A DNA stretch of 56,432 nt from positions 1-56,432 of the IMG/VR virus record IMGVR_UViG_3300047552_000689; one strand, given 5' to 3'. Origin of the DNA: a virus (lineage: Duplodnaviria; Caudoviricetes). The number at the start of each line of letters is the position of its first letter. Position 1 is the stretch's first letter. The notes under the pieces are model-generated. The model searched no databases, had not been told where the DNA came from, and saw only the letters and a program-made list of their open reading frames with translations. Shown here in pieces: positions 35,024 to 44,984 of this stretch. The position numbers and the translations under genes are program-made.

Positions 35024-36269
35024 GCAGGACCGGGCGCTCCAGGCCATCGACAAGTGGGCGCGCGACCCAGGGTCGCCACAGGTGTTCAAGCTGTTCGGCT
35101 ACGCGGGCACAGGTAAGACCACGCTCGCGAAGACGATCGCCGAGGGCATCGACGGGCGCGTCCTCTTCGGGGCGTACACAGGCAAGGCAGCTCATGTCCT
35201 CCGGGGCAAGGGCTGCCCGAACGCCGACACGATCCACTCGATGATCTACCACTCTCGCGATCAGAGCGCCCTGCGCCTCAAGCAACTGGAGCTCAGCCTG
35301 CTCGAGTTCAAGCAGGAGATCGCGGCCGAGCACGCACCAGAGGATCGCAATTCGATCGACTGGGGGCAATACAAGCAGTACAACGAACTTTGTCGGGAGA
35401 TCGACGCCGAGCGGATGAACTGCAGCAAGCCCATGTTCAGTCTCAACTTCGAGAGCGAGGTGAAGTACGCGAACCTCGTCATCATCGACGAGTGCTCGAT
35501 GGTGGACACGACCATGGCCGACGACCTGCTGTTCTTCGGAACCAAGGTCCTCGTCTTGGGAGATCCCGGCCAGCTTCCCCCGGTCATGGGCACTGGCTAT
35601 TTCATCCAGGGCGAGCCGGACTTCATGCTCCAGGAGATCCACCGCCAGGCGCGCGACAACCCGATCATCGCCATGGCATCGCACGTGCGCGAGGGCGGGG
35701 CACTCAAGGTTGGAGAGTGGGGTGAGAACCAGATCATCCCAGTCGAGGAGCTGAAGCAGCACGGCCACATCATGACCGAGGCGGACCAGATCCTCGTCGG
35801 TCGCAACAACACTCGTCGCGACTACAACAAGCGCATGCGTCAGGTCCTTGGACGCTCGGCCTCCTGGGACAAGTGGCAGCCCGTCGCCCAGGACAAGCTG
35901 GTCTGCCTCCGCAACAACAAGGAGCTCGGCCTGCTGAATGGTGCGCAGTGGGAGGTCACCTCCGTTCTCAGCTTCACCGAGGACCGGGTGAATATGCAGC
36001 TCCGCTCGCTCGACACGCAGGCGCTGCTCGACGTCGAGGGGCACACTCACCACTTCATGGGCAAGACCGAGGCCATGCCGTGGTGGGAGCGCAAGGAGGC
36101 CGAGGAGTTCGACTATGGATACGTGATGACGACGCACAAGGCCCAGGGGTCGCAGTGGGACAAGGTCGTCGTGTTCGATGAGAGCTTTGTGTTCAGAGAG
36201 GATAGAAGCAAGTGGCTGTATACAGCGATCACAAGAGCGGCTCAGCAGCTCCACATCGTGAAGATGTAG
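35007..36269 (+). CDS. RecD/Dda-like SF1 helicase
   Basis: GYAGTGKTT, TIHS, DECSM, GDPGQLPPV, HRQA, TTHKAQGSQW, YTAITRA. Confidence 0.9.
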   Translation: MQWSPEQDRALQAIDKWARDPGSPQVFKLFGYAGTGKTTLAKTIAEGIDGRVLFGAYTGKAAHVLRGKGCPNADTIHSMIYHSRDQSALRLKQLELSLLEFKQEIAAEHAPEDRNSIDWGQYKQYNELCREIDAERMNCSKPMFSLNFESEVKYANLVIIDECSMVDTTMADDLLFFGTKVLVLGDPGQLPPVMGTGYFIQGEPDFMLQEIHRQARDNPIIAMASHVREGGALKVGEWGENQIIPVEELKQHGHIMTEADQILVGRNNTRRDYNKRMRQVLGRSASWDKWQPVAQDKLVCLRNNKELGLLNGAQWEVTSVLSFTEDRVNMQLRSLDTQALLDVEGHTHHFMGKTEAMPWWERKEAEEFDYGYVMTTHKAQGSQWDKVVVFDESFVFREDRSKWLYTAITRAAQQLHIVKM

Positions 36270-36492
36270 GGGCGTGGCTCGAGCGCGTGCATGAGGATAT
36301 AACGCGAGTCGGCCTGCCTGTAGTTATGATGATAGTGAGGCGGCGGATGTCCAGACACCAGATGCTCGCGGTGGCAAGCACTCTAGAGCGTGTTGCAGCT
36401 GACATCAGATCACGCCTTGCTAGTTGAGACATGAGACATTCAGAATGGGAGCCCTGCACGTGATGCAGCAGATCAATTCAAGAGGTTGGGAA

Positions 36493-38226
36493 ATGTACGG
36501 ACCGCAGACGCCGCTCGGACAGGAGATTCATGCAAACAACTATCGTGAGGAGGGGGAGAGTTTCCGCGAGTACGGCAACCGAGTTGCCAGCGCGCTGACG
36601 GACGGGGCCGACGAGTTCCAACTCTTCCGCGACGACCTGCTCACGCAGCGGACGCTGCCCGGTGGTCGCATCCAGAAGGCGGCGGGCTCGATTCGTGGTG
36701 TCACGATGTATAACTGCTTCGTCTCTGGGACCATCGAGGACAGCTTCGTCTCCGGTCCAGGCAATATCATGCAGGCGCTCACCGAGAGCGTCACGACCAT
36801 GCGCCTCGGCGGTGGCATCGGCTACGAGTTCAGCACGCTCCGCCCCAAGAACGCGCCGATCAAGAAGCTCGGCTCGAAAAGCTCCGGGCCGCTCGCGTTC
36901 ATGGACATGTTCGACGCTGGCTGCGGCTGCGTCAAGTCGGCGGGCGATCGCCGTGGAGCCCAGATGGGCACCTTCGACATCCACCACCCGGACATCATGG
37001 ACTTCATCCACGCGAAGCAGGGGTCCGGTCGCTTCAAGAATTTCAACCTGTCCGTCCTCGTGACCGACGAGTTCATGGCCGCGCTCGACGCGCATCAGCC
37101 CTACGAGCTCCGCTTCGCCGGGGAGAGCTATGGGCAGGGTGATCCCAGGGTAGTGTGGGACGCGATCATGCGGTCGACCTACGACTGGGCCGAGCCGGGT
37201 GTGATCTTCATCGACCGGATCAACCAGCGGAACAACCTGTGGTACGCCGAGCGCATCCGTGCCACCAACCCCTGCGGCGAGCAGCCCCTCCCTCCATACG
37301 GGGCCTGCCTCCTGGGTTCGATCAACCTCACCAAGTTCGCCAACCGGGGCTTCGGTGGCCGCTGGGTGTTCGATTGGCAGGGCCTCGCCCAGGCCGCCGA
37401 GCGGTTCGTCCGCGCCCTCGACAACGTGGTCGACCGCAGCATCTACCCCCTCGAGCAGCAGCGTGCAGAGGCCCTCTCGAAGCGCCGCATGGGCATCGGG
37501 GTGACGGGCCTCGCCAATACCATCGAGGCTATGCTCGGCCGCCCTGCCTACGGCGAGGAGGAGTTCGTCGCCATCCAGGACGACATCCTCCGCACGATCG
37601 CCGAGGCCGCCTACAACACCTCCGTCGACCTGGCGAAGGAGCGCGGTCCCTTCCCGCTCTTCGACCGGGACAAGTACCTCTACGGAAACGAGGAGGCCTT
37701 CGCCCAGAGGCGGCTTCCGGAGTGGCTCAAGGAGAAGATCTGGAAGCACGGCATCCGGAACAGCCACCTCCTCTCGATCGCCCCGGCTGGCACGATCTCC
37801 ATCGTCGCGGACAACGTGAGCTCGGGCGTCGAGCCTGTGTTCCTCCACCGCTACGACCGGACGGTCATCACCCCTGCTGGGACCAAGGTCGAGACCGTCG
37901 AGGACTATGGCGTCCGGGTGTTCGGCATCGAGGGCAAGACGACCGAGCATGTCACCGTGGACGAGCACCTCGCCGTGCTGGCGAAGGCCGCCGAATGGGT
38001 TGACAGCGCCGTGTCGAAGACCGTCAACATCCCCGAGTCGTACGACTTCGAGGACTTCAAGAAGGTCTACCGCAAGGCCTACGATCTCGGGGCCAAGGGC
38101 TGCACGACCTTCCGCACTGGCGGGAAGCTCCAGGGCATCCTGCAGCCGACCAAGGAGGAGCCGAAGGAGGAGGCCGTCGAGGCCTGCTTCATCGACCCGG
38201 TGAGCGGCAAGCGCGAGTGCGCCTAG
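36493..38226 (+). CDS. nrdJ: ribonucleotide reductase, class II (B12-dependent)
   Basis: PGGR, NCFV, GGGIG, RRGAQMG, TNPCGEQPL, SIAPAGTIS, C-terminal Cys pair; no beta-subunit gene; frame opens at 36424. Confidence 0.85.
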   Translation: MYGPQTPLGQEIHANNYREEGESFREYGNRVASALTDGADEFQLFRDDLLTQRTLPGGRIQKAAGSIRGVTMYNCFVSGTIEDSFVSGPGNIMQALTESVTTMRLGGGIGYEFSTLRPKNAPIKKLGSKSSGPLAFMDMFDAGCGCVKSAGDRRGAQMGTFDIHHPDIMDFIHAKQGSGRFKNFNLSVLVTDEFMAALDAHQPYELRFAGESYGQGDPRVVWDAIMRSTYDWAEPGVIFIDRINQRNNLWYAERIRATNPCGEQPLPPYGACLLGSINLTKFANRGFGGRWVFDWQGLAQAAERFVRALDNVVDRSIYPLEQQRAEALSKRRMGIGVTGLANTIEAMLGRPAYGEEEFVAIQDDILRTIAEAAYNTSVDLAKERGPFPLFDRDKYLYGNEEAFAQRRLPEWLKEKIWKHGIRNSHLLSIAPAGTISIVADNVSSGVEPVFLHRYDRTVITPAGTKVETVEDYGVRVFGIEGKTTEHVTVDEHLAVLAKAAEWVDSAVSKTVNIPESYDFEDFKKVYRKAYDLGAKGCTTFRTGGKLQGILQPTKEEPKEEAVEACFIDPVSGKRECA

Positions 38227-38306
38227 TTATGGATACCCACGGACGGCTGCTGGTGCACTATGCACAGGCAGCCCCCTCTGGGGCCATCAACTAGGGAAAC
38301 ACTGAC

Positions 38307-38660
38307 ATGCCTGACGAACAATACCCAGGAATGCGCTCGCATCCAGGCTATCATCTGCTGCGTCAAGAGAAGCGACAGCTTGGAGATCTAATCTGGGATC
38401 TCAAGAACGGCGCCATCTACAAGTGGGATATCAACACCCCCTCTGGCCAGTCGTACTTGGCGAAGCTCCGGAACCAGGTTCGCCTGCTCCATATCACACA
38501 CCGCTACTTGCGCGGTCGCACGTATCGCGGCTGCGAGAGCAAGACGCACAACCGACTCTCGAACGAGTGGGTGGCGCGCATCGAGTTCCTTGCCAACCTC
38601 TACGGCGGGCCGCTCCACGGCGACATGCCTCCCGTGTCCGAGTGGGTCAAGGCCAACTGA
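38307..38660 (+). CDS. hypothetical protein
   Basis: R.LH....YLRGR.Y...E motif; coupled to the next gene. Confidence 0.55.
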   Translation: MPDEQYPGMRSHPGYHLLRQEKRQLGDLIWDLKNGAIYKWDINTPSGQSYLAKLRNQVRLLHITHRYLRGRTYRGCESKTHNRLSNEWVARIEFLANLYGGPLHGDMPPVSEWVKAN

Positions 38661-39235
38661 TGCTGAAGCCGATTCTCATCGGGCAGGCCCCTGGGCCGAA
38701 CACCGACCCAGCCCTCCCGCTATTCCCGCTCCCCAGCACATCCGCTGGGGGGCGGCTCTGCTCTGTCATGGGGCTCTGCTACAAGGACTACATCCGGCGC
38801 TTCGATCGCGCCAACGTCCTCGTCGAGTTCCCAGGGAGGCACAAGCGGGATGACAAGTTCCCGCTCCGTGATGCCAAGCTCGCCGCTCGATCGATGAAGC
38901 AGCTCCTCAAGGGCCGTCATGTCATCCTAGTCGGCCGCAACGTGGCAGCGGTGTTCAACGTGCTGGATCTCCCATTCCACCACGCGAGCGAATATCACGA
39001 TTGGTGCAAGACTCTCGCAGTCGTGCCCCACACCAGTGGTCGCAATCACTGGTACAACTCCGCTGCGAATCGTGAGGAGGCCCGGAGATTCTGGCTTCAA
39101 CACATTCCGGCTATTCTTGACACTAAGCTGTTGCTTTCGGCTGTCAGCCGGGGCACTTATATGCAACACCCGGTGCTGGGTGAGACAGGAGCAAGCTATG
39201 ACGACAGTCACGTATCAGGGCATCCAGTTCACTGA
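38660..39235 (+). CDS. uracil-DNA glycosylase superfamily protein
   Basis: LIGQAPG (motif A), AGGRL, VILVGR, VPHTSGRNHW (motif B). Confidence 0.7.
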   Translation: MLKPILIGQAPGPNTDPALPLFPLPSTSAGGRLCSVMGLCYKDYIRRFDRANVLVEFPGRHKRDDKFPLRDAKLAARSMKQLLKGRHVILVGRNVAAVFNVLDLPFHHASEYHDWCKTLAVVPHTSGRNHWYNSAANREEARRFWLQHIPAILDTKLLLSAVSRGTYMQHPVLGETGASYDDSHVSGHPVH

Positions 39236-39755
39236 ACAGATGCTCCAGGAGGAGAAGACCTCCGACCTGCTGAAGACCTACAACCGCATCGCCGAGGCGA
39301 ACGACGAGAAAGTCGTCAACAAGTTCGCCGACCACGCGACCGCTGTGAAGCGGACGTGGGCCATGCTCCAGAAGCACGGCAAGTCCGTGAAGAAAGAGGT
39401 CAAGGTCGCCACCGAGCGTCGTCTCCGGACGAAGCACTTCAACTATGTCGCAGTCGGCCAGCCCAAGCCTCGCCGCGAGTCCAGCGCCGACAACCCGGTG
39501 CTGCGCGACATGCTGCTGACTCGCCTGCTCACGCCAGAGGGCCTCAGCTTCAACCAGGCCAAGGAAGTCGTCGCCGAGTTCGACGAGCTTCGCGAGCGCC
39601 TCGGCAAGCCCGTCCGCAACGGCGGCGAGCATACCGTCGAGACGCGGGCCTACGAGGGCCTCCGCCTCATCCACTACTATCTCAACTACTCCCTGAAGCA
39701 GGACGGCGAGGGCGACGACGCGCCCATCCGCATCGTCGGCAACAGGAAGTCGTAG
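39198..39755 (+). CDS. hypothetical, possibly DNA-binding protein
   Basis: AGGAG RBS; YN......V.KFAD..TA.KR motif; basic linker. Confidence 0.6.
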   Translation: MTTVTYQGIQFTEQMLQEEKTSDLLKTYNRIAEANDEKVVNKFADHATAVKRTWAMLQKHGKSVKKEVKVATERRLRTKHFNYVAVGQPKPRRESSADNPVLRDMLLTRLLTPEGLSFNQAKEVVAEFDELRERLGKPVRNGGEHTVETRAYEGLRLIHYYLNYSLKQDGEGDDAPIRIVGNRKS

Positions 39756-40633
39756 TGCGGAACTACCAGCGCCTGAGCATCGAGGACTTCGGCGCGCATC
39801 TTCTCAAGACGGGCGACCTCGACCCGATCTACATCGCACTGCAGCGAATGCGACTCCCCGCTGGCCAGCTTCATCGCTGGCTGGCGGCCTACTGGTGCTT
39901 CTACCACGCGGGCGTCGCCTGCCACATGTCCGAGCTCCAGGGCGAGGACTACTGGCGTGAGATGCAGACAGCCACCGAGAACGTGCTCCCCGCCCCTCCT
40001 GGGACGAGGTGGCCCAGAGGTCACGAGCGTCGCCACTTCAGGGGCGAGCAGGGCAATCTCGCCATGCTGAGCCTCCGGTCTCGCTATCCCAACGACGCTG
40101 ACGACTGGCTGCTGACGATCCAGGAGAAGGCGCTTTCCAAGACTGGCACAGGCGCGCATGTACCATTCTCCACGATCTCCGAGATTGTGCAGGAGGAGCG
40201 CGGCTTCGGCCCTTGGATCTCGTTCAAGGTCGGCGACATGCTCGAGCGACTCGACCTGCTCAAGGTAGACTTCACCGAGGCCGAGGTGTTCATGTTCAAG
40301 GACCCCAGGGAGGCCGCGTTCCGGCTCTGGCGGGTCAAGGCTGGGCTGAGCGAGCACGCAATTCCCAAGAATCCTGGTGGTGTCATCACCGATGTGGTGA
40401 CCTACCTGACCGAGCACTTCAAGGACCACGCGGCACCGCCCCGCAAGGAGCGCCCTGTTGGTCTGCAAGAGGTCGAGACGATCCTCTGCAAGTGGAAGTC
40501 CCACATGAACGGACACTATCCGCTCTTCAACGACACGACTGAGATCCGCGCAGGCCTGCTCGAGTGGGATCACACGGAAACTGCTCGCCTGATGTTCAAC
40601 AAGATGCCAGAGGTGCATGATGTACTACCGTGA
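39755..40633 (+). CDS. amino acid:DNA transferase (aGPT-Pplase2/ADDT family)
   Basis: TGDLDP.Y, YWCFY, RG.ERRHFRG, FGPW..FK..DM.ER, QEVET.LCKWKSH.NGHY. Confidence 0.85.
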   Translation: MRNYQRLSIEDFGAHLLKTGDLDPIYIALQRMRLPAGQLHRWLAAYWCFYHAGVACHMSELQGEDYWREMQTATENVLPAPPGTRWPRGHERRHFRGEQGNLAMLSLRSRYPNDADDWLLTIQEKALSKTGTGAHVPFSTISEIVQEERGFGPWISFKVGDMLERLDLLKVDFTEAEVFMFKDPREAAFRLWRVKAGLSEHAIPKNPGGVITDVVTYLTEHFKDHAAPPRKERPVGLQEVETILCKWKSHMNGHYPLFNDTTEIRAGLLEWDHTETARLMFNKMPEVHDVLP

Positions 40634-40790
40634 TGAAGGACCAGACTTGACGTGGCTGCTCGCGTTCGTCGTGCTCATGATGATAGGTGCCGTGGTCCTT
40701 GGGACCGACGAGCAAGAGCAGCGCGTCGCCCGTGGCAAAGTAGACCGCGAGAACGTCCTGGTCGTCTATCCAGAGCAGCTTCGCCAATGA
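40617..40790 (+). CDS. small TM protein
   Basis: GAGG RBS; WLLAFVVLMMIGAVVLG. Confidence 0.5.
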   Translation: MMYYRDEGPDLTWLLAFVVLMMIGAVVLGTDEQEQRVARGKVDRENVLVVYPEQLRQ

Positions 40791-40894
40791 AGTGGTGGAT
40801 GCTCTGGTGGGCTGGCGCGATCTACGCAATCTTGCAGCTAGGCTTCGTCCTTGGGACAGCCTGGATGCTACTTAATGGAGTGAAGCTGCCATGA
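40787..40894 (+). CDS. small TM peptide (35 aa)
   Basis: ATGA coupling on both sides; MKWWMLWWAGAIYAILQLGFVLG. Confidence 0.5.
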   Translation: MKWWMLWWAGAIYAILQLGFVLGTAWMLLNGVKLP

Positions 40895-41697
40895 AAATCG
40901 GCATCGTCGGCAACGGCCTATTCGGGTCCATCATCGGGGACACCTTGCTCCGACAAGGGCATGAAGTCCACAGGTACGATATCGTCCGGCCGAACAATGG
41001 CTCGCAACCCGCTGCTTGCCTCATGAAGCCGGGCTGGCTCAGCAAGGTGCCGAGGCTCAACGAGGTCTTCGACCTGCTCGACGAGCTCTATGGCTTGCAA
41101 GAGTTGACCTTCACGGCGAACGGCATGCTCGACTTCCAAGTGAAGTGGGTGAATCCGCGTCGAATCCTTCACCCGCTTCTATGCGCCACAGAGATCTCCC
41201 ATGTCAACACTGATGGTGTGATCGAAGACAAGCGTGGCGTCGAGATCAAGTTCGACCGCGTGATCGTCGCTGCTGGCGTCTGGACCAAGGAGCTCTGCCC
41301 CTGGGTCCCAGTGGAGGCGCGGTGGGGGATGGCCCTGCTCTGGAGGAACCACCAGGAGAGCGTTCTGCCCTCGACGATCAGCCAGTGGGCTCCGTACAAG
41401 CAGCTCATCGGCTTCCAGCGGGGCGACGGTTTCTGGGGCGGCGACGGCAGCGCACTGAAGAGGTGGGAGCACGAGGCCGAGCAGCGCGTCTACGATCGCA
41501 TCTACGACCACTTCGACCTCGGCCCACACCCTGTCAAGTTGATAGGGCAACGACCGTATGTGGCGCAAACTACACCCGGTCACCCCTGCTGGCTAGAGCA
41601 GCGGGACAAGCTGATTATTGCAACAGGAGGAGCGAAAAATGGAACTGCGGCTGCGGGATTCTGTGCTCTCACCATCCGGGAATGGCTCCGTGGTTGA
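40891..41697 (+). CDS. FAD-dependent oxidoreductase (glycine/D-amino-acid oxidase-like)
   Basis: IVGNGLFG Rossmann motif, VAAGVW, GQRPY, TGGAKNG. Confidence 0.85.
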   Translation: MKIGIVGNGLFGSIIGDTLLRQGHEVHRYDIVRPNNGSQPAACLMKPGWLSKVPRLNEVFDLLDELYGLQELTFTANGMLDFQVKWVNPRRILHPLLCATEISHVNTDGVIEDKRGVEIKFDRVIVAAGVWTKELCPWVPVEARWGMALLWRNHQESVLPSTISQWAPYKQLIGFQRGDGFWGGDGSALKRWEHEAEQRVYDRIYDHFDLGPHPVKLIGQRPYVAQTTPGHPCWLEQRDKLIIATGGAKNGTAAAGFCALTIREWLRG

Positions 41698-42166
41698 GCT
41701 CGGACGACCCATCGTCTGCACCTTCGCCAAGCCGACCGACCATGTCAAGCTGGTGAAGCTCGCCAAGACGAGCCCCTACACGAGCCACTTCAGCAACCGG
41801 ATCATGTTCTCGAGTGACGCGGCCTACGCCAAGGGCTGGATCCGCATGCTGTACGACTCGGCCGACCCCGACAACCCGATGGCGCTCACCTGCGTCCGGC
41901 ACAAGTCGCGCGAGCCCAAGTCGACGGCGCTCTACTTCCTGGTGGTCCGGCCCGACCTGCGCGGTCGAGGCTACGGCGACTTGATGATCTTCGACCTGGT
42001 GCAGCAGTCACCATCCAAGATCATCCAGCTCAACGTCGCCAAGGACAACGAGTCGGCCATCCGCTTCTACAAGCGTCACGGATTTGATACCATCGGAGAG
42101 TCGTTGTACGACAAGGACGGCAAGCCGCATGGTTGGCTCATGGAGTTGAAGAGTGCATCCGATTGA
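41690..42166 (+). CDS. GNAT acetyltransferase
   Basis: LVVRPDLRGRGYG (motif A), NESAIRFYKRHGF (motif B). Confidence 0.88.
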   Translation: MVELGRPIVCTFAKPTDHVKLVKLAKTSPYTSHFSNRIMFSSDAAYAKGWIRMLYDSADPDNPMALTCVRHKSREPKSTALYFLVVRPDLRGRGYGDLMIFDLVQQSPSKIIQLNVAKDNESAIRFYKRHGFDTIGESLYDKDGKPHGWLMELKSASD

Positions 42167-42458
42167 CAAGTTCCGCAAAGAAGCAGTAGAGTCCCACCTG
42201 TTCGTCTCTGACCGCGAGGTCGAGTCGTTCATCGAGGGCACACTCGCCTCTCGTCGCGTCTCCTACCGCGCGCAGGAGTTGACATACCCAGAGGCTCAGC
42301 TAGGTGATGACCTGCTGGAACTACTGGAGCAGTTGAAGGGAATACGTGATGATCATCAACTTGAGAGGGACCTCGGGCTCAGGGAAATCCACCCTGATGC
42401 GCCACGTCATGGACTGCTACACCGGATCAAGGCTGCGCTTCAAGCGCGATGGTCGTAA
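42153..42458 (+). CDS. hypothetical protein
   Basis: GTG start; 3' third overlaps the kinase gene. Confidence 0.4.
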   Translation: MHPIDKFRKEAVESHLFVSDREVESFIEGTLASRRVSYRAQELTYPEAQLGDDLLELLEQLKGIRDDHQLERDLGLREIHPDAPRHGLLHRIKAALQARWS

Positions 42459-42924
42459 GCAGCCTCTGGGCTACCTCCTGGGACGTGGTGACAACGTCGA
42501 GCCGGGCAAGTCGCTCTTCATCCCAGGGCACTACGAGGTGGCCTGTGGAGGCTGCGACACGCTAGATGGCTATGACACGATCTACGGCCTGGTCCGCACG
42601 GCCCACGCCGCTGGACACGATGTCCTCTACGAGGGCCTCCTGATCAGCGGCGAGAGCGCCCGGCCGATCGCCCTGCACAACGAGGGCTACCCGATCCAGG
42701 TGATCGCCCTCAATACACCAATCGACGTCTGCATCGACTCGATCAACGCGAGGCGGCAGGCGAAGAAGGGGCCGGACGCGCCTCCGGTCAAGGAGCGCAA
42801 CACGATCGCCAAGGCGCGGGCGGTAGAGATCGCAATGGAGAAGATGAAGGAGGCAGGAATACCATGTCAATGGGCAAGTCGGGACGACGCGCTAATCCTG
42901 ATAAGGAACGCGCTCAGAGTATGA
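42346..42924 (+). CDS. P-loop kinase associated with T hypermodification
   Basis: RGTSGSGKST, G.Y...CGGCD, DVLYEG. Confidence 0.8.
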   Translation: MMIINLRGTSGSGKSTLMRHVMDCYTGSRLRFKRDGRKQPLGYLLGRGDNVEPGKSLFIPGHYEVACGGCDTLDGYDTIYGLVRTAHAAGHDVLYEGLLISGESARPIALHNEGYPIQVIALNTPIDVCIDSINARRQAKKGPDAPPVKERNTIAKARAVEIAMEKMKEAGIPCQWASRDDALILIRNALRV

Positions 42925-43082
42925 ACAACACCCCGCTCGCACGGATCGTGTGCGGGCTTCAAGCACAGGTGAAGACGATGGAGCGCCAGCTCCGCCGCCA
43001 GGATATCGACATCAACAACCTCCGCAAGCAGCTCGACGATTTCAGGCGCGAGCAGAACAGAGGCTACCTGGGCTATGACTGA
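42921..43082 (+). CDS. small coiled-coil protein
   Basis: ATGA coupling; heptad pattern. Confidence 0.5.
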   Translation: MNNTPLARIVCGLQAQVKTMERQLRRQDIDINNLRKQLDDFRREQNRGYLGYD

Positions 43083-43950
43083 CACGTTCGAGAAGAACAT
43101 CGAGGGCTTCTTCTGGCTGGCGCGAGAGCGGCAGGAGATGAAGCGCAAGCGGGAGGCCTACCTGCCTCCCCCTTGGACCAAGGACTACGTGCTGGCCAAC
43201 TATCGCTTCTGCAACGTGCACAGACGAGACGACAAGGTCAGCGCGTGGATCATCGACAACATCTACGAACCGCTGCATGGCTCTCCAGCCATCTTCATGG
43301 CAGCCTATGTGGCACGGTGGTTCAACAAGATCGAGACGCTCGACCTCATCAAGGATGAGATGAAGGGCGAGTTCGACCTGATGCGGATGAAGGAGATCCT
43401 CCACCCCGTCTTCAGCCAGGGCAACCCGATCTTCGGCTCGGCCTACATCATTCAGAGCCCCACCGGGGAGAACAAGCTTGACGGCATCCTCTGGGCGATC
43501 GGCAACGTGACCAAGCGGTGGACCGAGGGCTACAAGATCGCCACCGAGACCAAGTCCATGGCACAGACGCACGCTTGGCTCCAGCAGTTCCCCCACATGG
43601 GGCCATTCATGGCGTATCAGGTGGTCTGCGACCTGACCTACACGCCGATCCTCGAGAACGCGGTCGACAAGATGGAGTGGACCTGCGCTGGCCCAGGAGC
43701 GGCCCGAGGCCTGGGGTGGCTCTACCACGACCTCGAGGGGGCCTTCAACTACAACGGGGCCAAGGACCAGCTCATCATGAAGGCGCACATGCACGAGGTG
43801 CTAAAGTTGAGCCAGCAAGAAGTCTACTGGCCTAGCATTTGGGGTGCGTGGGAGTTGGCCACTGTTCAGCACTGGTCCTGCGAGTACGACAAGTGGAGGC
43901 GTGGCCACAGTGGCCAGTCTCTGAAGCGGAGGTATGAAGCATGTACGTGA
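43075..43950 (+). CDS. 5-hmdU DNA kinase family (aGPT-Pplase1)
   Basis: ER......PPWT.D.VL..YRFCNV.R.DD.VS, G.FMAYQ...DL, GPGA.RGL, CEYDK. Confidence 0.85.
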   Translation: MTDTFEKNIEGFFWLARERQEMKRKREAYLPPPWTKDYVLANYRFCNVHRRDDKVSAWIIDNIYEPLHGSPAIFMAAYVARWFNKIETLDLIKDEMKGEFDLMRMKEILHPVFSQGNPIFGSAYIIQSPTGENKLDGILWAIGNVTKRWTEGYKIATETKSMAQTHAWLQQFPHMGPFMAYQVVCDLTYTPILENAVDKMEWTCAGPGAARGLGWLYHDLEGAFNYNGAKDQLIMKAHMHEVLKLSQQEVYWPSIWGAWELATVQHWSCEYDKWRRGHSGQSLKRRYEACT

Positions 43951-44984
43951 TCGAGGGGCGCAACGCCCAGTCTATCCTGCCAGAGGCGATCCGCCTTCTG
44001 GACATCCACGGAGTCGACCGTGACAGCCGAAACGGCCCGGTGCGCATGTTCCCCATGCCCGCCGCGATCGTCTACGCCCGGCCGACCGAGCGTGTGATCT
44101 TCTGGGAGGAGCGGGATGCAAACCCGTTCTTCCACTTCATGGAGTGCCTGTGGATGATCAACGGGCGCAACGACGTCGCCTGGCTCGACACCTACAGCGG
44201 TGGCATCAAGCGGTACAGCGACGATGGCAAGACCTACCACGGGGCCTACGGTCACCGCTGGCGTCGGCACTTCCAGATGGACCAGCTCATGATGGCCGTC
44301 GAAGAGCTGAAGCGCGACCACAACAACCGTCGCGTCTACATCGCGATGTGGGATCCTGAGTACGACTTGGCCAAGGAGGGGAAGGACTTCCCCTGCAACG
44401 TGGGCCTCACCTTCCAGGTGAACTTCCTCGGGGCGCTTGACATGGTCGTTCACAACCGATCCAACGACCTGGTCTGGGGCGCGCTCGGCGCGAACGCGGT
44501 GCACTTCAGCTTCCTCCAAGAGGTGGTGAGCGCGATGGTCGGAGTCCCAGTGGGTGGCTACTGGCAGGTGAGCAGCAATCTCCATGCCTACCACGACACC
44601 TACAAGAAGGTCGAGGTCCTGAGGCACGCGGCACCCGACCCCTACAGCACCTCCCGTCCCTGGGACCCCTACGCCTACACGACCGACCCTGTGGAACCGT
44701 TCCCGATCATGAGCGTGGCCCCAGACGTCTGGTTCCAGGACCTGGGCATATTCATGAAGGAGGGGCCGATCGTCGGCTTCCGCGATCCGTTCTTCAGGCA
44801 GGTGGTCACGCCGATGTACATGGCTCACAAGGCCTACCGCGACCGCACTGATCCTGACCGCCACCATCGCGCAATTGAGATACTGTCGACCCAGTGTCGG
44901 GCATCAGATTGGCGCAAGGCCGGAGTGGAGTGGCTCGAGCGTCGACTGAAGGCCTGGCTCGAGAGTGACAAGGAGCGCCTATGA
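43941..44984 (+). CDS. thymidylate synthase homolog, likely dUMP hydroxymethylase
   Basis: RDANPFFH, YS.DG....GAYG.RW, DFPCN, RSND..WG..GAN (Asn = dUMP-type), NLHAY; cluster context. Confidence 0.85.
   Translation: MYVIEGRNAQSILPEAIRLLDIHGVDRDSRNGPVRMFPMPAAIVYARPTERVIFWEERDANPFFHFMECLWMINGRNDVAWLDTYSGGIKRYSDDGKTYHGAYGHRWRRHFQMDQLMMAVEELKRDHNNRRVYIAMWDPEYDLAKEGKDFPCNVGLTFQVNFLGALDMVVHNRSNDLVWGALGANAVHFSFLQEVVSAMVGVPVGGYWQVSSNLHAYHDTYKKVEVLRHAAPDPYSTSRPWDPYAYTTDPVEPFPIMSVAPDVWFQDLGIFMKEGPIVGFRDPFFRQVVTPMYMAHKAYRDRTDPDRHHRAIEILSTQCRASDWRKAGVEWLERRLKAWLESDKERL

Noticed and set aside
36270-36492. Cobalamin riboswitch upstream of the class II RNR
   Set aside because: No B12-box-like conserved sequence recognised; the region probably holds a short ORF ending at 36427
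39117-39145. TTGACA as a sigma70 -35 element
   Set aside because: No plausible -10 hexamer at 16-18 bp spacing
43941-44984. Cytosine-modifying (dCMP hydroxymethylase) or deazaguanine/Z-base system
   Set aside because: The TS homolog has the dUMP-type Asn and sits with dCMP deaminase and aGPT-Pplase genes; no Que/DpdA or PurZ genes seen
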